64,000 nt of DNA from Octopus bimaculoides (taxonomy: Eukaryota): positions 110,336,767-110,400,766 of the forward strand of contig NC_068983.1 in assembly GCF_001194135.2 (NCBI RefSeq), written 5' to 3'. Each line of letters starts with the position of its first letter. Position 1 is the stretch's first letter. A model generated the notes under the pieces. That model was not told the DNA's origin. It saw only the letters and a list, made by a program, of their open reading frames with translations, and made no database searches. This document shows, piece after piece, positions 1-14,240 of the stretch. The position numbers and the translations under genes are program-made.

Positions 1-315
1 CTTATATATATGTATATATGCATATATATAAACATATATATACATATATATACATATATATTTATATATGTATATATGTATATATGTTTATATATGTATG
101 CATGTATATATATCTATATATATATATATATATATGGAAAAAACATGCATATATATATATGTGTACATATAAGTATGTATACGTATTTATATATGTATAT
201 ATATGTATATGTATATATATATATTTATATAGGTATATATATATATGTATATATATGTTTGTGCATATATATATATGTATGTATATGTTTGTGTATGTGT
301 TTGTGTATATGTGTG
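1..315. repeat. (TA)n/(TATG)n-rich microsatellite, probably the expanded internal simple repeat of the adjacent SINE
   Basis: Degenerate TA/TG dinucleotide run leading directly into the SINE 3' half at 316. The two ORFs here are only repeat translations. Confidence 0.9.
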
Positions 316-490
316 AACCCCACCATCACTTGACAACCGATCTTGTCCCCGGTTCTTAGCCAATTGGCAAAATATTCCGATAGAATAAGTACTAGGCTTA
401 AAAAGAATTAATCTCGGGGTCGTCGTCGGCGAGTAAAGGCGGTACTCCAGCATGTCCGCAGTCATATGACCGAAACAAGTAAAACAAAAA
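316..490 (+). mobile_element. 3' half of tRNA-derived composite SINE
   Basis: ttgacaaccga...ccgatagaataagtactaggctt...aaggcggtactccagcatgtccgcagtc...gaaacaagtaaaa. Similar blocks recur at 2652-2870 (minus) and 27190-27310 (plus). Confidence 0.8.
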
Positions 491-562
491 AAAAAGACTA
501 TGCCATTTTGATTGCGAGCATCGCTGGTTATCTGTGCTAATATATATATATATATATATATA

Positions 563-1590
563 TTATGTCGTCAAATATGAAATCTATAGTAAGGTATATG
601 GTAAACTTTGACAGCTGCTCATTTTGCCTTATTAATCTTTGACAACCTTGTTTTTTTGTGTGAGAAAGCTGACACATCTATTTCTTTATTCAAACGAATT
701 TTGCGCTTTATAGAGTATTTATAAATCGTATTTATAGGTCGGTAATTCGCACAGTTTTGAAATATTAGTTAATGGAGTATTTCATTCTAATGGAGTATTT
801 CATTCGACACGGCAGACTGTATCTAACTGGTTTGAAAAATTTCATTCTGGTAACTTTGACCTCGCAAAAGAGCAACGCAGTCGACCAGAAACAAAGGTGG
901 ATAACAACAAACTGAAAGCCACCGTCGAGTCAGATCCATCTCAAAGCGTCCGTGAATTTTCGTTGATGTTTGGTGTTAGCAAGCAAACAATATTGACTCA
1001 CCTAGTTCAAATCGGTAAAATGAAGAAGTTGGATAAGTGGGTTCCACATGAACTCAATGAAAATCAGAAACAGCAACGTTTAGAAACCTGCATTATGCTA
1101 CTTTCTCACCACAAAAATGAATCATTTTTGAATGAAATGGTAACATGTGATGTGAAATCGATCCAATACAACAACCGTAAACATTCAGCACAATGGTTGG
1201 ACAAAGGCGAGCCACCAAAACACAGTCCAAAAAGCAAAATTCATCACAAGAAGCTGATGGTGTGTGTTTGGTTGTCTGGCGCAGGTGTGATTAATTATGA
1301 TTTCATCAGACCTGCCTCATCAATCACGGCCGACGTATACTGCAGCCAACTGGACTAAACGATGTAGAAACTTACAAAAGACAGCCTAGATTAGTCAACA
1401 GATCCACTCCTATTTTATTGCAAGACAACGCCAGACCGCACATCGCAAAAACGATATAGGCGAAACTACAGGAGTTGGAGTTGGAAGTTCTCCATCATCC
1501 ACCATACTCATCTGATTTTGTCCCCACTGACTATCACTTCTAGAATTTTTGATAGGAAAAATATTTAATTCCGAAGCTACTGTAAAACTA
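563..1590 (+). mobile_element. Mariner (DD34D) transposon, left TIR plus degenerate transposase, 3'-truncated
   Basis: Starts at a (TA)n run. ORF 897-1358 has WVPHEL and VTCD motifs. Downstream frames give QDNARPH and HPPYSSDFVPTDYH. Confidence 0.9.
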
Positions 1591-2645
1591 GAAAGCTCCT
1601 GAGGCTCACAAAGAGATGTGTGAAGTTTGTGGTGCTGATTGCTTAATAGAACGCTCAAATCAGAAATGGTTTTAAAAATTCTGTTCAGAAGATTTGTCTC
1701 TCAAAGTTGACCAACATTCCCGTCGACCAACTGAAGTTGAGGATGAGTGAATCAAAGCCATAATTAAATCTGATTGTCATATACGAGAGATTGCGGATTG
1801 TACGAGAGATTGCAAAGAGGTTTAAAATATCACACGCAACAACTGAAAATCACTTAAAATGTTTTGGACTCGTTAAGATGCACGATATTTGGAATCCACA
1901 TAAATTGAAAGCGATTCAATTAACACAACGAATCAATATTTGCGATTTGCATCTCAAATGCAATGAAATGGACCTTATTTTGAAACGAATCATAACTGGT
2001 GAGGAAGAATGGATTGTCTACAATAAAATCGATCGAAAAATATCATGGTCCAAGCGTAATGAACTAGCACAAACCATATCAAAAGCTGAATTGCATCAAA
2101 AAATATCATACTGTTAATTTAGTGGGATTACAAAGATGTTGTGTATTTTGAGCTGCTTCCAAGGAACCAGGCGATCAATTCAGATGTTTACTGTCAACAA
2201 CTAATGAAACTGAAGTAAGCAATCAAAAGAAAACGGCCAGAATTAGCAAATCGTAAAGGAATCGTGTTCCGCTATGACAACGCTAAACCACACATGTCTT
2301 TGTTAATTCGTGAAAAATTATTGGAGCTTAGTTGGGAAGTGATGTTACATCCACCATATAACCCTGACCTTGAACCATCAGATTCCTATTTATTTCGAAG
2401 TTTGCAAAATTCTTTCAATAGTAAAATTTCCAATAATGATGATGACCTGAAATCGTACTTGCTTCAGATTTTGACTGGTAAAGTCCAGAAGTTCTATAAG
2501 TGCGGAATCATACAGTTGCTACAATGATGGTAAAAGGTCGTTGAAGAAAAGGAAAAATATATAACTGATTAAAGTTCATTATTTGTATAAGAAAAAAGAC
2601 TTTTATTTCACGCTAAATACCGAAATACTTTCTTGCCAACCCGAT
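1591..2645 (+). mobile_element. Second mariner (different family), 5'-truncated, with right TIR
   Basis: WNPHKL, ITGEEEWI, YDNAKPH and HPPYNPDLEPSDSYLF motifs. Ends ...aatactttcttgccaacccgata followed by TA repeats. Confidence 0.9.
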
Positions 2646-2651
2646 ATATAT

Positions 2652-3121
2652 ATGCCTTTTACCTTTTACTTATTTCAGTAAATAGAGTGCAACAATGCTG
2701 GGGCACCACACTGGAAAGTTTTAGCTGAATGAATCGACTGCAGTATGTATTTTGTTTAAGTGTGGTACTTTTTCTATTGGTCTCTTTTGCCGAACCGCTA
2801 ATTTACGAGTCAAAGTACACCAACACAGGTTATCAAGCGGAGTTGGTGGAGGCTTAAAACAGGCATAAAAACACACGTGCCCTCCGCCACACATAATATC
2901 TTGGCTTTCTTCCAATTTCTATCAACTAAATCCACTCAGACGGCTTTGCCGGCCCGAGGTGAAAGGAGACGGAACTTGCCCAGTGTACAACACAGAGATT
3001 TGAACCAGGAGCCACACGTATGTGTGAGCGTGTGTGTATACGGTCAACTAGTAGAGTAGTTAGAGCCTCAAATGTGGTACTCTATATCAAACACTCTAAC
3101 CACTAAGCCATGTACTCTCAC
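2652..3121 (-). mobile_element. Near full-length tRNA-derived CORE-like composite SINE
   Basis: Minus strand reads A-box-like tggcttagtgg, then ggttcaaatc (B-box-like), then CORE-like ctgggcaagt, an internal TG tract, the 3' block shared with 316-490, and a (gtaaaag)2 tail. Confidence 0.8.
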
Positions 3122-4600
3122 AATATATGTATATATAGAAGAAAACATGTTTTCTTTCTTTAGTTTTCTAGCTAACCATATGATTTATTGAAATTATGTC
3201 TAAGTGTGTCAAGGAAAAGCTGAGCATTAACGAACGCCTTGAATTCATTAATATTAATCTTTAGTTACTCCAGCAACTATTTATAGTGAAAAACCAAATA
3301 AAACTAATAGCCTGTGATTTGGTGAAAACACTTCATTGCGTAAAAATAAAATAAAACGAAGCTTTTAATATGATGCTGGTACTGTTCATTTTGAGAGTGA
3401 AATACTTTTTATGCAGAATTAGTTGGAAAATCAGTAAGGTAGGACGAAATGATATGGATAATGAAATGGAAAATTATATAGAATACATGAAAAGGAAAGT
3501 GCTGTGTAATGTTTAAGTAGAGCGTTTCAGATGTCAAGTGATGAAGGGGCTACCAAGAATATTAATTACTGCAAATCCCTTATTTGTTCATGATTATATA
3601 TTTGGTACTGACAATTTCCTTTCGTTCATACATAATTCATTCTCTATTGGACCTGACATTTATGGGAAATGCAGTGAAAATAAATAAAAGATGTCTAAAC
3701 GCTGAAATTAGAGCCGCATCTGAAGTTGATGCCAAATTTTACATGACAGAAATTCTCATATCAAACACTTATGTCTCGATTCAAGTCGCTAAAATTTGGT
3801 ATTCATTATCAATGTAAGAGAATATGTGTCAGAATATTTAATCAGAGAATAGGAAATGTATACGTATGGTAATGGATGTATTTCACCTGTTGATGCAAGA
3901 ATAGATCTCTGCAATAGTTGTAGTAAATTCATTTCTACATTTAATTTCGTTACAAGATTAATTTTAAAATATTTCAAATGGATATTTTAATCAAGTAAAT
4001 TTCATATTGCAGATATAAAGCTTTATCTTTAAATTATGCTACTGCATAGAAGGATATGAAACAATTTATTCAGAAAGAAAACGATTACGTTTTGTAGTAA
4101 ATTTATAATTCTGAATGATCACATATAATTGATGGGTTAACAGTTTCAGTTGTTTATAGATTATCTGCCATTTAAACATTCTACATAAAAGTAAAAACTT
4201 TCTCAACATGATAAAGTTCAATAATTTAAGAATTTTCAGAAGCCATAGATAGTTATATAGTAAGATTAGTCATATATTTCACACATTTAATTTTACTGCA
4301 GCGGACCAATATAATGTGCAACATATAACATATTCCGTCTGAGAATTATAGTTTAGAAAGTAAGTTCCATTAACCGAAAGGTTTTAAGGTGTTCACTCGA
4401 TTTATTTTTGTGTATGTAAAAATTATTATTTGACTTGTTCAAAACACGTAGATATATTTTAAGTAAGGAAATTTAAAATAATACAATAAGAAATCGATAT
4501 AACATATAGTTTCTTCTCATCAGTAGAACCTCTTTTTATAACACTTGTCGCTGCTTGATACTTGCTTCTAGCAAGAGCGGTTTTAGATTTATACAAGTTT

Positions 4601-4602
<2 letters not shown>

Positions 4603-4652
<50 letters not shown>

Positions 4653-4686
4653 GAGGGAGAGAGAGAGAGAAAGTGTGTATGTGTGT

Positions 4687-4722
<36 letters not shown>
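4603..4722. repeat. Compound (GA)n-(GT)n-(GA)n microsatellite
   Basis: Direct reading. Confidence 0.95.
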
Positions 4723-4724
<2 letters not shown>

Positions 4725-7599
4725 AATTTTAATTTCCATGAAATACACAACAATATTTTCGCTTTAAGAAAAATTGATAGAGTGAAGTATTGGATGTCTA
4801 GGAGATTTCTACTCTACAAAACAGAGCACTTGCTGTATAATTTATTTCATTTGGCTCTCAAAATTCAACCATAACCTTGTTTGTTGAAAGTCCAGAAACC
4901 TCGCAGCTATATTTTACTGCCTAGAAAATATTTGCGACACATGTTATCAACATATATTCTAATAGAAATTTGTACGCTTTTGCAAATATAATTTCTAAGA
5001 ACTTACACAAATGATGTACGCCCGATATTCTCTTTGAGACTCTATAGATTTTTGAAGAACTGTTTACTATCTCTCTAGACATGCTCATTAGTTTATTTTA
5101 TTTTTCAAATTTCCTCTTCATTTACTCTATAAAATTAGTCTATTTTGTTTTGTACTGTTCTGAATTTCGTTTCTGAGTATCATTACTCCTAGTTGTGGTG
5201 TCATAGTTTCAAATCACCATTATTAAAATTGATGTCTTGTATTATTGAAGCAATTAAGTTTTATTTGCAAAGAAAATGATAGGTCGTTTTAGAATTGAAT
5301 GTTACAGGAGTAACTACTTCAACAATAGTTGCGAAAAAAATTCAGGAATGAGCGATCAGCCCTTTGGATTCAAAGGGTCAAAAAACGAACAATGAAAAGT
5401 ATATTTTGTAATAGCCTTAATAATGTAGTAAAATTAAAATATCTACAAAATGCGAACATGTTCCTATGCTTATTTGCCAGGAACTAACATGTTGTTTTCA
5501 AGAGTGTAAAATTTTACTGATTTAAGTCATTAGCTCTGTCAAATACGGAAAGTTATCTGTGCCTGATTTGAAACATTTTATTACAAATTTCTAAGCAATA
5601 GCATTGAACAAATTTCTCGATAAGCAATTTTATTGCATTGATTTTTTTACAAACTAAATAACAAAAGCCAAATCCCCTGCTGCGATACGACAGTCATTTC
5701 AAGTGAAGGTCATCAACCGCATAAACTGATTTTTAACATATGTGTATAAATTATTTCTTTAATTTGTTCTGTACCAAAAGATAGTTTCCGTAATATTATA
5801 TTTGACGCTGATTTATGAAAATATTAGATTGGAATGACGATTAACGAAGTTGTTATTTCTAACAGAATTATGTAACAGCGCTTTTCATTTTAGCACTGTT
5901 AAACGTTGCTACCGCTTCACATTAAAATTACTTTCGAAATTTTTGTTCTAAATTTGTACAAAATTTTGCATTGTACAGTTTGTTGAAATGTTTACTGTGT
6001 CTAGAATATCAATATACTTTGACTTTAAATATTTTTCATATTGCAATTCTAATCTATATGCAGACATATTTAATTTTTTTCATTAACCAAACTGTTATAG
6101 AATACATTTTATAAAGATGATTTATATTCAGATATTTCCAGAAGACACAAAATCTCTCTGCACTTAAATTTAATTTATTTATATCATTAAATTAAAATGA
6201 GCTATTTGATGTAAGGGCTAAGATTTATACGTTATTGAAATTGAAAAGTGATTGATAATGAAATGAAAAGAGTAATAACAGGAAGTCATGCTATAAATCA
6301 GCCAGGAATTCCTATGTTAATTATTACAAACACTAGAAATTCAATACATGCACATGTAGTCTTTGCCTAATCATATCTGATGCGGCTATATGAAGTGTTT
6401 GTTGATAAAAACCTTTAAAGTTTCTGATAATCCTAGCTGTAGAAATATTCGGTAAAAATTACATACTTTTTTACTAATCAGATTAGATTTGTCAATTGTA
6501 AAGAATATCTGTGTCTTGAATAATGTTCTTGCTCACTTTCCTCATTCCTGAAAGCTTATTACTATAGATACTAATTTATTCCAGCATTTTCTTTTAGATT
6601 GCCATATTTTGATAATTAGATAAAATGTTCTATGGTGACTCGTCAAAATTTACAACTCTAAGAAATTCTTGTTTCTTTTTACTACCTAATTTCCTTTATT
6701 TCTTTGATCGTATTTATTCTACGACTAGATGCGGTCGTAATCCAATGAGTGAAACCTTTCAAAGAATAAAAGACAAGTCTGACATGTAATAGGCTTGTAC
6801 GTAGCATCTTACTTTAAAACAATATTCAGACATATGATTTTATGCACGCTAAGTATTGTGTGACTATATTTTGACTTAGACTTTATTTTCGTTAATGAAG
6901 CACCAGCGAATGCATATTTCCTAGTACATTAAACTGACGATACCTTTTTGAACCACGTTAATGCTAAATGGTAACTAGATGACATCGGTAAATAAAATAA
7001 AATATAGCCAGGGAGGGAGATTCTGAGAGCTAGTCCTGGTTAAAAATCGTAAGCTGAAAGGGCGTATGCGTAAGATTTTGTTGAAAGAGTAAGAATGGCG
7101 ACGAAAACAGAGGTTCGTACATATATGTAATGAAACAATGTTTTTGAAATAGATTTATGTTAACTAGTGAGGTGTTTGTATTTCTAAGGAATTTTTAGTG
7201 CCTGTATTCGGTAATATAGAGCAAGACTATTTTACTGTCTTCTTTCAAAATTCAGCTTCTTCAAAGCTTATATTTAGTCAGTAAAAAATAAACGAAAGAC
7301 AATTCTATTCCATCCCATTCAATGTATACAATGTAACTGATTACTTTAGAAAAACATTTTGTTTCAGTTTATAGAAGTATGATATTGTCATCGGAGTGTT
7401 ATAATACACGGTCTCGGTTTCCTTGAACATAAGATGTAAGTTCTAATTATATAGCAATGTAATGCTTCGATACACCACGTAAAATTGCACTCTTAACACT
7501 TCTTGCAGCATATCCGAAGTATCTAGTAAAAGGAAACAACAACTTGTTACTAACAGCAAACATAATGGAAGTCGTCAAGTAATATGGGATTTAAAAATC

Positions 7600-9660
7600 C
7601 AGAACCGAACGCATAAAACTTAGTCAAAATCATTTTGTTCAAGTATAGGTACAGGACAAATATGTCTCATATAAAGTCTCAGTTAGGCTGGGACACAGTG
7701 GTGGAATAAGGATGTGGATTGTACTATAAAAAGCAAAGAGAAAGGCTAGAAAGATGATGGTTGCAGAGAATTACATCAGGCACCTAGAAGAGAGGCTACG
7801 TAACAGATTTACATAGTGAAATGAAAAGCATATAGAAAGTAGAATATTAGCCAATGTTTCACAGCGTGAATATCAGAGGTGCGTGGTGTTTCGGACTGCA
7901 AAGCAGTGTATAAGAATAGAGATGTTTTGCTTGAGAAATGTGTGCGAATGGATAATGGTATGCTTGAAGTTAGTGATTCAGAGAAGAAAGATTCGTGGTA
8001 GTACCACTATAAAAAGTTGCTATATGTAGAGAATGCATGCGAGAAGGTGAGTCTTTCAAAAATAAAACCTGAGGACCATTAGGAATTGCAGCTGAGATAT
8101 TGAAAGTATCTGGTGGAGTAGGATATGGCCTGGTAATTCGTATATTTAACCACGTTATCCAGAAAGGTGTCATCCCCGATGACTGATGTTTATTGTTATA
8201 GTTAGCTGATACAAAAGCAAGGTGATGTGTTAGAAGCAACTACTACTATCAAACTGTTTGATCAAGTGATGAAATTTACAGAGATTACAAAGATAGTTAT
8301 AGCCCAATTTATTAGGAATAGAATTAATCGTGATGAGATGCAGTTTGATTTTATATGTAGAAAGAGTTCTACAGAACCAATCTTCCTGGTGAGACAGCAG
8401 CAAAAGTATCTAGATAAAAGTAAACCATTGTACTTGATTTCCGTCGACATGGAGAAAACTTTTAACAGAGTCCCTTGGTTTTTCATTTAGTGATCTCTAA
8501 GAAAATTAGGAATAGGCGAGCGGTTTGCTAGAGCACTACAAGCCAAGTATAGTAGTGTTATGCTATCAGTAGGATTAGAATCTGCCATGAGTATAGTGAC
8601 GAATTTATGTGCTGATGACCTCATTCTTGTAGCTGAATCGGTAGTGAAATCGGTAAAGAAATTCCTAGTACGGAAGCAAAACTTGGAATCAAATGGCATA
8701 ATAATTAATCTAGGGAAGACTAAAGTTGCTGATAGCAAGAAAGTGGATAAGACTCTCTTTCTATCAAGTAAATGGGCCTGCTCAATATGGAGGAAAAGTG
8801 TTGCACCCACTGCAACTATGGACATATAAGAGGTGTAGTGAAATCACACGTAAGTTAACAGAGAAAGTCATCTTTGTATGTAGCAGATGCCCAGGGACGT
8901 TGAGCTCCAAGGATGCACTGGAATTAGACTCTCTCAAATACCCAAGAGGTTTCCTTGAGGTTGTAGTTAGTTACTGTTACTGATGTGACTAAATTAGAAG
9001 TGGTGGAAGATGTTCTGAAAGTACGTTGATGTCCTGAAAAGTTTCTGGCTTTAAGGGTATCACGAAAGGCTTGACTGGAGGTTCAAACTTCCGAGTTCTT
9101 TTACAAGGCTTAGAATAACTGAAGGAACGCTGCAACAAGTGTGTAAATCGGAGAGGGGAATATGTTGGATAAAATCCTAATTAACCAATCCTCTTGTACT
9201 TTCTCCTACCTAAATTCAGGAAATTTGCGTATTGTTGCATGAATAAAAATAGGAGGGAAGCAGGCAGTTCGGGGTGTTATTACTTCTGTTCACTAGTAAA
9301 AAGTTTCTCTGTCATAGTTAAAGGCAAATTGTATGATGCTTGCATACAAAAAGCTATCCTCCATGATAATGAGATTTGGGCCCTGAATACAGATGACATG
9401 TGTAAACTAGAATGAAATGAAGCTAGCATACTCCGATGGCTGTGCAACATCAGTGCGCACGTACGACAAAGTGCAAAAGTATTGTGGGAAAAGTTGGGAA
9501 TAAGAGGAATCAGAGTTGGAGAAGTTATGCATATGAATGAAGATAACTGTATAAAGAAGAGCCAATCGCTTAAAGTGGATGCGACGTGTGGAAGAAGGAG
9601 ACCCAGGAGAACGTGGGATTCTTTCACCTCAAGATGTTGGGTCATAAAGAGGAAATGACA
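7600..9660 (+). mobile_element. Degenerate RTE-clade LINE (reverse transcriptase region to 3' end)
   Basis: Frame fragments PGPLGIAAEILKVSG, FICRKSSTEPIFLVRQQQ, ISVDMEKTFNRVP, CADDLILVA, IINLGKTKV, KGKLYDACIQKAILHDNEIWAL and RWLCNI. Many stops and frameshifts. Confidence 0.85.
9021..9230 (+). mobile_element. Short internally deleted mariner derivative nested in the RTE LINE
   Basis: tacgttgatgtcctgaaaagtttctggc resembles a mariner TIR. gaaggaacgctgcaacaagtgtgtaaatcggagaggggaatatgttg resembles a transposase C-terminus (..RCNKCVNRRGEYV). It interrupts the LINE frame. Confidence 0.55.
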
Positions 9661-10029
9661 TCGGACCTATAACTCTGGTGATATAAGGTTTTTGAGAAAA
9701 CCGGCCCTCCTCAGCGAAACTGAGTGCTGGAAGAGCTGTGTATTTCCCCCGCCACTTAAAATATTAATTGACGCACCGTGCATCAATGAACCAAACAACA
9801 TCTCTTCTTCATGCACTTTGCTCATCTCTTCTTCCCAACCCCTGTAGTCCAACACCGCTCTGTCGTCTTAATCTCCTGTTCTGACAACTGTATCATTACT
9901 ATCCTGTCAACATCCATATGCCCATATTTCACCACTCTCTGCTTTTCTTATCTCCCTCCATTCTCTTTCATGATCAGCCTGTTCATACATTCTTGACAAT
10001 CCTATACTCCGTATATCAGTCGTGGTTAT

Positions 10030-10310
10030 GACGATGAGAGTTCTAGTTGATTCCATCAACGAGCAAGTGGTTGAGCACTCCACAAACATGAGTAACCGTA
10101 ACATAGTTCTCAGGGAGATTCAGTGTTACACAGAGTGTGATAAGGTTGGCTCTTTGAAATACAGGTACTACTCATTTTTGCCAGCTGAGTGGACTGGAGC
10201 AATGTGAAATAAAGTGTCTTGCTCAAGAACACAACTTGTCACCGGGAATTGAACTCACGTCATTACGATCGTAAGTCAAATTCCCTAACCACTAAGCTAC
10301 GTGCTATCAC
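10030..10310 (-). mobile_element. tRNA-derived CORE-like SINE
   Basis: Minus strand: tagcttagtgg (A-box), gagttcaattcc (B-box), then gttcttgagcaagacacttt (CORE-like). Confidence 0.8.
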
Positions 10311-10559
10311 AATCTTCTACTATTCCATTTATATTCATATCCTTGTACTCTGCTAGTATTCTCTGACACATCGCCACTCTCTCCCTCTTGTCTCTATCAC
10401 TCTCTTGTCTCTTTCACTCTCTTGCCTTTCTCACTATCATGACTTTCTCACACATACTCTCTCTCTCTCTCGCTCTTTTGTTTCGAATGGTACAACCATA
10501 TGTCTCCTATACAGTAAGACACTTGTTTCACTTCCTCTGTCACATTTCATACTCTAACG

Positions 10560-10840
10560 TCACATCACATGGCACAGACCACGTCCCACAATACAACTCC
10601 CCATATTAGTTGGGGGATCTTTCTCCTGCAAGGTACTCGGATCGGTGATCTCACCGGAGCTTGAGCCGCGTAAAAATCACCCAATCTATTATTTAATGTA
10701 GTTGGCATTAGGAAAGACATCCAACCATAAAACCCATGCCAAGGCAGACAGTAGATTTTGGCGCAGTCCTCAAGTTTATCAGCTCCTGACGAACCATGCA
10801 ACCCAGTGGTGACGATGATGATGATGACGATGATGATGGT
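10560..10840 (+). mobile_element. SINE/RTE-type 3' tail ending in (GAT)n
   Basis: gttggcattaggaaagacatccaacc...accatgcaaccc followed by a (gat)n tail. Confidence 0.6.
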
Positions 10841-11629
10841 ATGTATATTTAAACAACTTCCATAAAAGACTAATCAATGCCGATAGCCAGTTTAGAATAA
10901 AGAAGTCAAAGATTATAAATCATTAGCTTTAATTAAAAGGATGAGAGAAAGATTTAATTTAAAATGCGTAAATTTGTCTTTGAAGCGTGTGATTTAGTAA
11001 GGAACAATTTCAGTTCTCGAAAAATGTTTTTACGGCTCACTTGAAACTATTAAGTACATATAGACGATATATTTGACTATTAGTATTCCGTCGTTAATGA
11101 TGTTGCTAAGATCCACTATTAGTATATCTTGCACGTCCAGTATCCACCCAAAAACGAATAATGCTAGACATGAAACATCAAACATATCATCAAGATATTT
11201 GATATTTGCAAGTTACTATTAGTTTGAAACATTTTTAGAGAAATGGTAAGAAATATTTATTTTCAACGTGCGAAGATTGTCAATAAATACAGAACTGACG
11301 AAGTCTGGGTATTTGAATTTAATATCTTCCCGTGAAGCACAGCCATGCTTGCTATATCATTCAAAAATATTTTTTCGTCGTATCGTTCGATTATATCCTT
11401 GTTAGATTTCTCCCTTCTTGTATATTTTCTTTCCTATTTGATATCCTGAGGCAGGACGTGATTTTCATGTCCGACAACGACCAAAAATATCTTTACTTGC
11501 GTTATATATATTTGGCTTTTCTTGAAAACATAAGCTCCAGGCTCAAGAATACCCTGAACGTAAAATTTTATCTATGCTGCTTCTATAATTAGTTTTCTCT
11601 GTGTAATGCTATTCAATCACTTAGCAGAT

Positions 11630-11685
11630 TCCCACACAAACACAGTCCCAAGCACACGCACCCATACACACACGTGCACACACGT

Positions 11686-11729
<44 letters not shown>

Positions 11730-11880
11730 AGACACACATGCACACACATGCACACACACTTGCACACATACGAACAATCGCGCACACACAAACACACACT
11801 TGAACACATATACGCACGCAGGCGCAAACACACACATACATATAGAGATATATGTGTTTGTATACATACACATGCACGCA
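11630..11880. repeat. Degenerate (CA)n microsatellite
   Basis: Direct reading. It generates six spurious ORFs. Confidence 0.95.
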
Positions 11881-14004
11881 TAAACGTAGATAACGAACTC
11901 AAAATACATATCACGTTTTTTTTTATTATTGTTGCAGTTTATTTAATAAAATGTGAGTATTATTTATTAGTGCTCGCAGTTGGTTTCTAGACTATCAAAC
12001 GAGAAGTAGTTACGAAAGTGTCACTGTAAAACTAAACTCTTTGCCGTCAAGACCGAACTATTTTGCAAGCACAAGTTTTTCAAGAAATTAGATGTTTGTC
12101 TCGAGAGAGATAGTTACATGTTTTAGGACATTGTCATAATATAATGTATGCTAGTTACTTAATTTGGTTTCACTTAACAATAAACAGATAACAGTTTCCT
12201 GGAGGTACACAATGCACATAAGCAACTGCCAATTATAACGTGTAAGTAGCTTAATGAATTAAATAACACCTGTACCGGTAATGTAAATTTCCTGTATTAG
12301 CAGAGCAAAACTTATAAACTCTACAATAAAAATTAACTGAATTTAAGTAAAATGGGAAAACACTTATATACAAATGTAAAATAAGTGAATTCAAGGACGC
12401 AGTAATAGGAAACGAAGTAAAACTAATTTAACAATATTCCTGTTAATGCCAGTTCAAGTGTATGAATCACACGAAGCATGTGGTGGAGATTTTTTTAATG
12501 AACCATTAATGCTGTGTAATTACAGAACATTATGTGTAGTTCCGCACATCTTAGTCTATAGACAATCAGCTACAGACACCTACACAACACACTAAGTAAT
12601 TACAAACGTTATCTCCACAAATACACACGTATTAGTACTTAAAGAATTATCTCTTAAATACATGTACTTATAAACACGTTCATACTCAAATATAAAATAT
12701 TGCTTAGTATTTTAAGAGGAATATTGTCTCTTATAGATGCACTTTCTTAAACTAATTTTGCAATGGACATATAATCTGTTTAAAGAATATTTGTGAATCA
12801 GATTATATTATAAGAATAATGCTATTTTCTAAGTCTTAAAAATGCACCGCGTTAGTTGTGTTTTTGCTGATAATTGATTCCCCTCTCTTCACCTAAAATT
12901 TTTATTACCGAGCGTCTTCAAAATAGTGAATAGCACTGGTTAAAAATCAATATCATATTGAGCTAACGTGAGAAATTGTTGTAAATGTATGACAATGTCT
13001 GAAAAGGGGAGAATAATACTTTATGAATAGCATGACATAAATATCAAGAAATCCGTATGGTTAATATTTAACAAAATACCATGGAATGCCTGATACTTTG
13101 TGAGTTACCAAAGATGGAAGAATTGATAAAGTACCAGTATTCCGATAAAAAGAAAATCCTTAGTATTTCCATACGTTTTTCTCATGCTATAGTATTGAGG
13201 TCAAGATAATAGAAGTTATTTCTTACGTTATTCTGAAGATACGTTAAGGGACAATGTGCAGAATGAGGTACGCAGAAACCCTGCAACTCGTTGAAATCTA
13301 CTTCTTAGTTGGAGAAAGAAAACAAATATCTAGGCTGTCATTATGAACGAATCTCAAAGGAAATCGTCAGTAATTTCAAAGAGATAAGAAATTATTGTTA
13401 CTTAATTATACGAAGATCATATTATTTTGTTAGGAAGTTAGCAAGTATGGATATGTTAAAAGTTAATGAGACAGGGTTCAATGATGCAGGCTTTGGTGGA
13501 ACCAAATAATTTATCAGTGCTTTGTACTCCTGTATTGCTATGAGCATAGATAGTACATGTCTGACTTGTCCTCGATATTACACTTTACTGTAGGGTGTCT
13601 CATAATAAATGGGACATATAACTGTGTTTTGTTAATGCATTTTACAATTTAGTTAATGAATTAGTTCTCCAAGTCATAGTTACTTACACTGAAAGTGCAT
13701 CATATCGTTATGAGACAACCTGTATAATGAGTTCTATATTGACTTCAGAACTCATTTTAACTTACAGTTAGTAGACTTGTATATATTGCGCCTAAATAAT
13801 TATTATCTTCATAGTATAATCAAAATATATTGCGTTATATAATCTTTATATCAAGTATTGCATGCCGAATTGAATTTTATACACTATAGCTAACAAAATA
13901 AACTGGTGCTAGAGGTGTTTCATTCAAAATGAAACCAAATTAGATATTATTTCGAATTGTCAACTTTAAATTTTACATTCATCTTCCCCATTATCATTAT
14001 TACA

Positions 14005-14207
14005 ATTCTCTTCTTCTTCTTTTTCTTCTTCTTCTTTTTCTTCTTTGCACAGCTTCTTCTTCTTCTTCTTCTTCTTCTTCTTCTTCCTCCCCTTCCTCTT
14101 CTTCATCTTCCACTTCCTCCTCTCCTCCTCCTCCTCCCCCTCCTTCTCCTCCTCCTCCTCCTCCTCATCATCCTCTTCCTCCTCTTCCTCCTCCTTCCCG
14201 TCGTCAC

Positions 14208-14240
<33 letters not shown>
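14005..14240. repeat. Compound trinucleotide array (CTT)n-(CCT)n-(CAT)n
   Basis: Direct reading. Confidence 0.95.

Noticed and set aside
7093-7130. agaATGGCGACGAAAACAGAG start-like context
   Set aside because: The frame closes after 11 codons, the donor is weak, and no partner exon was found.
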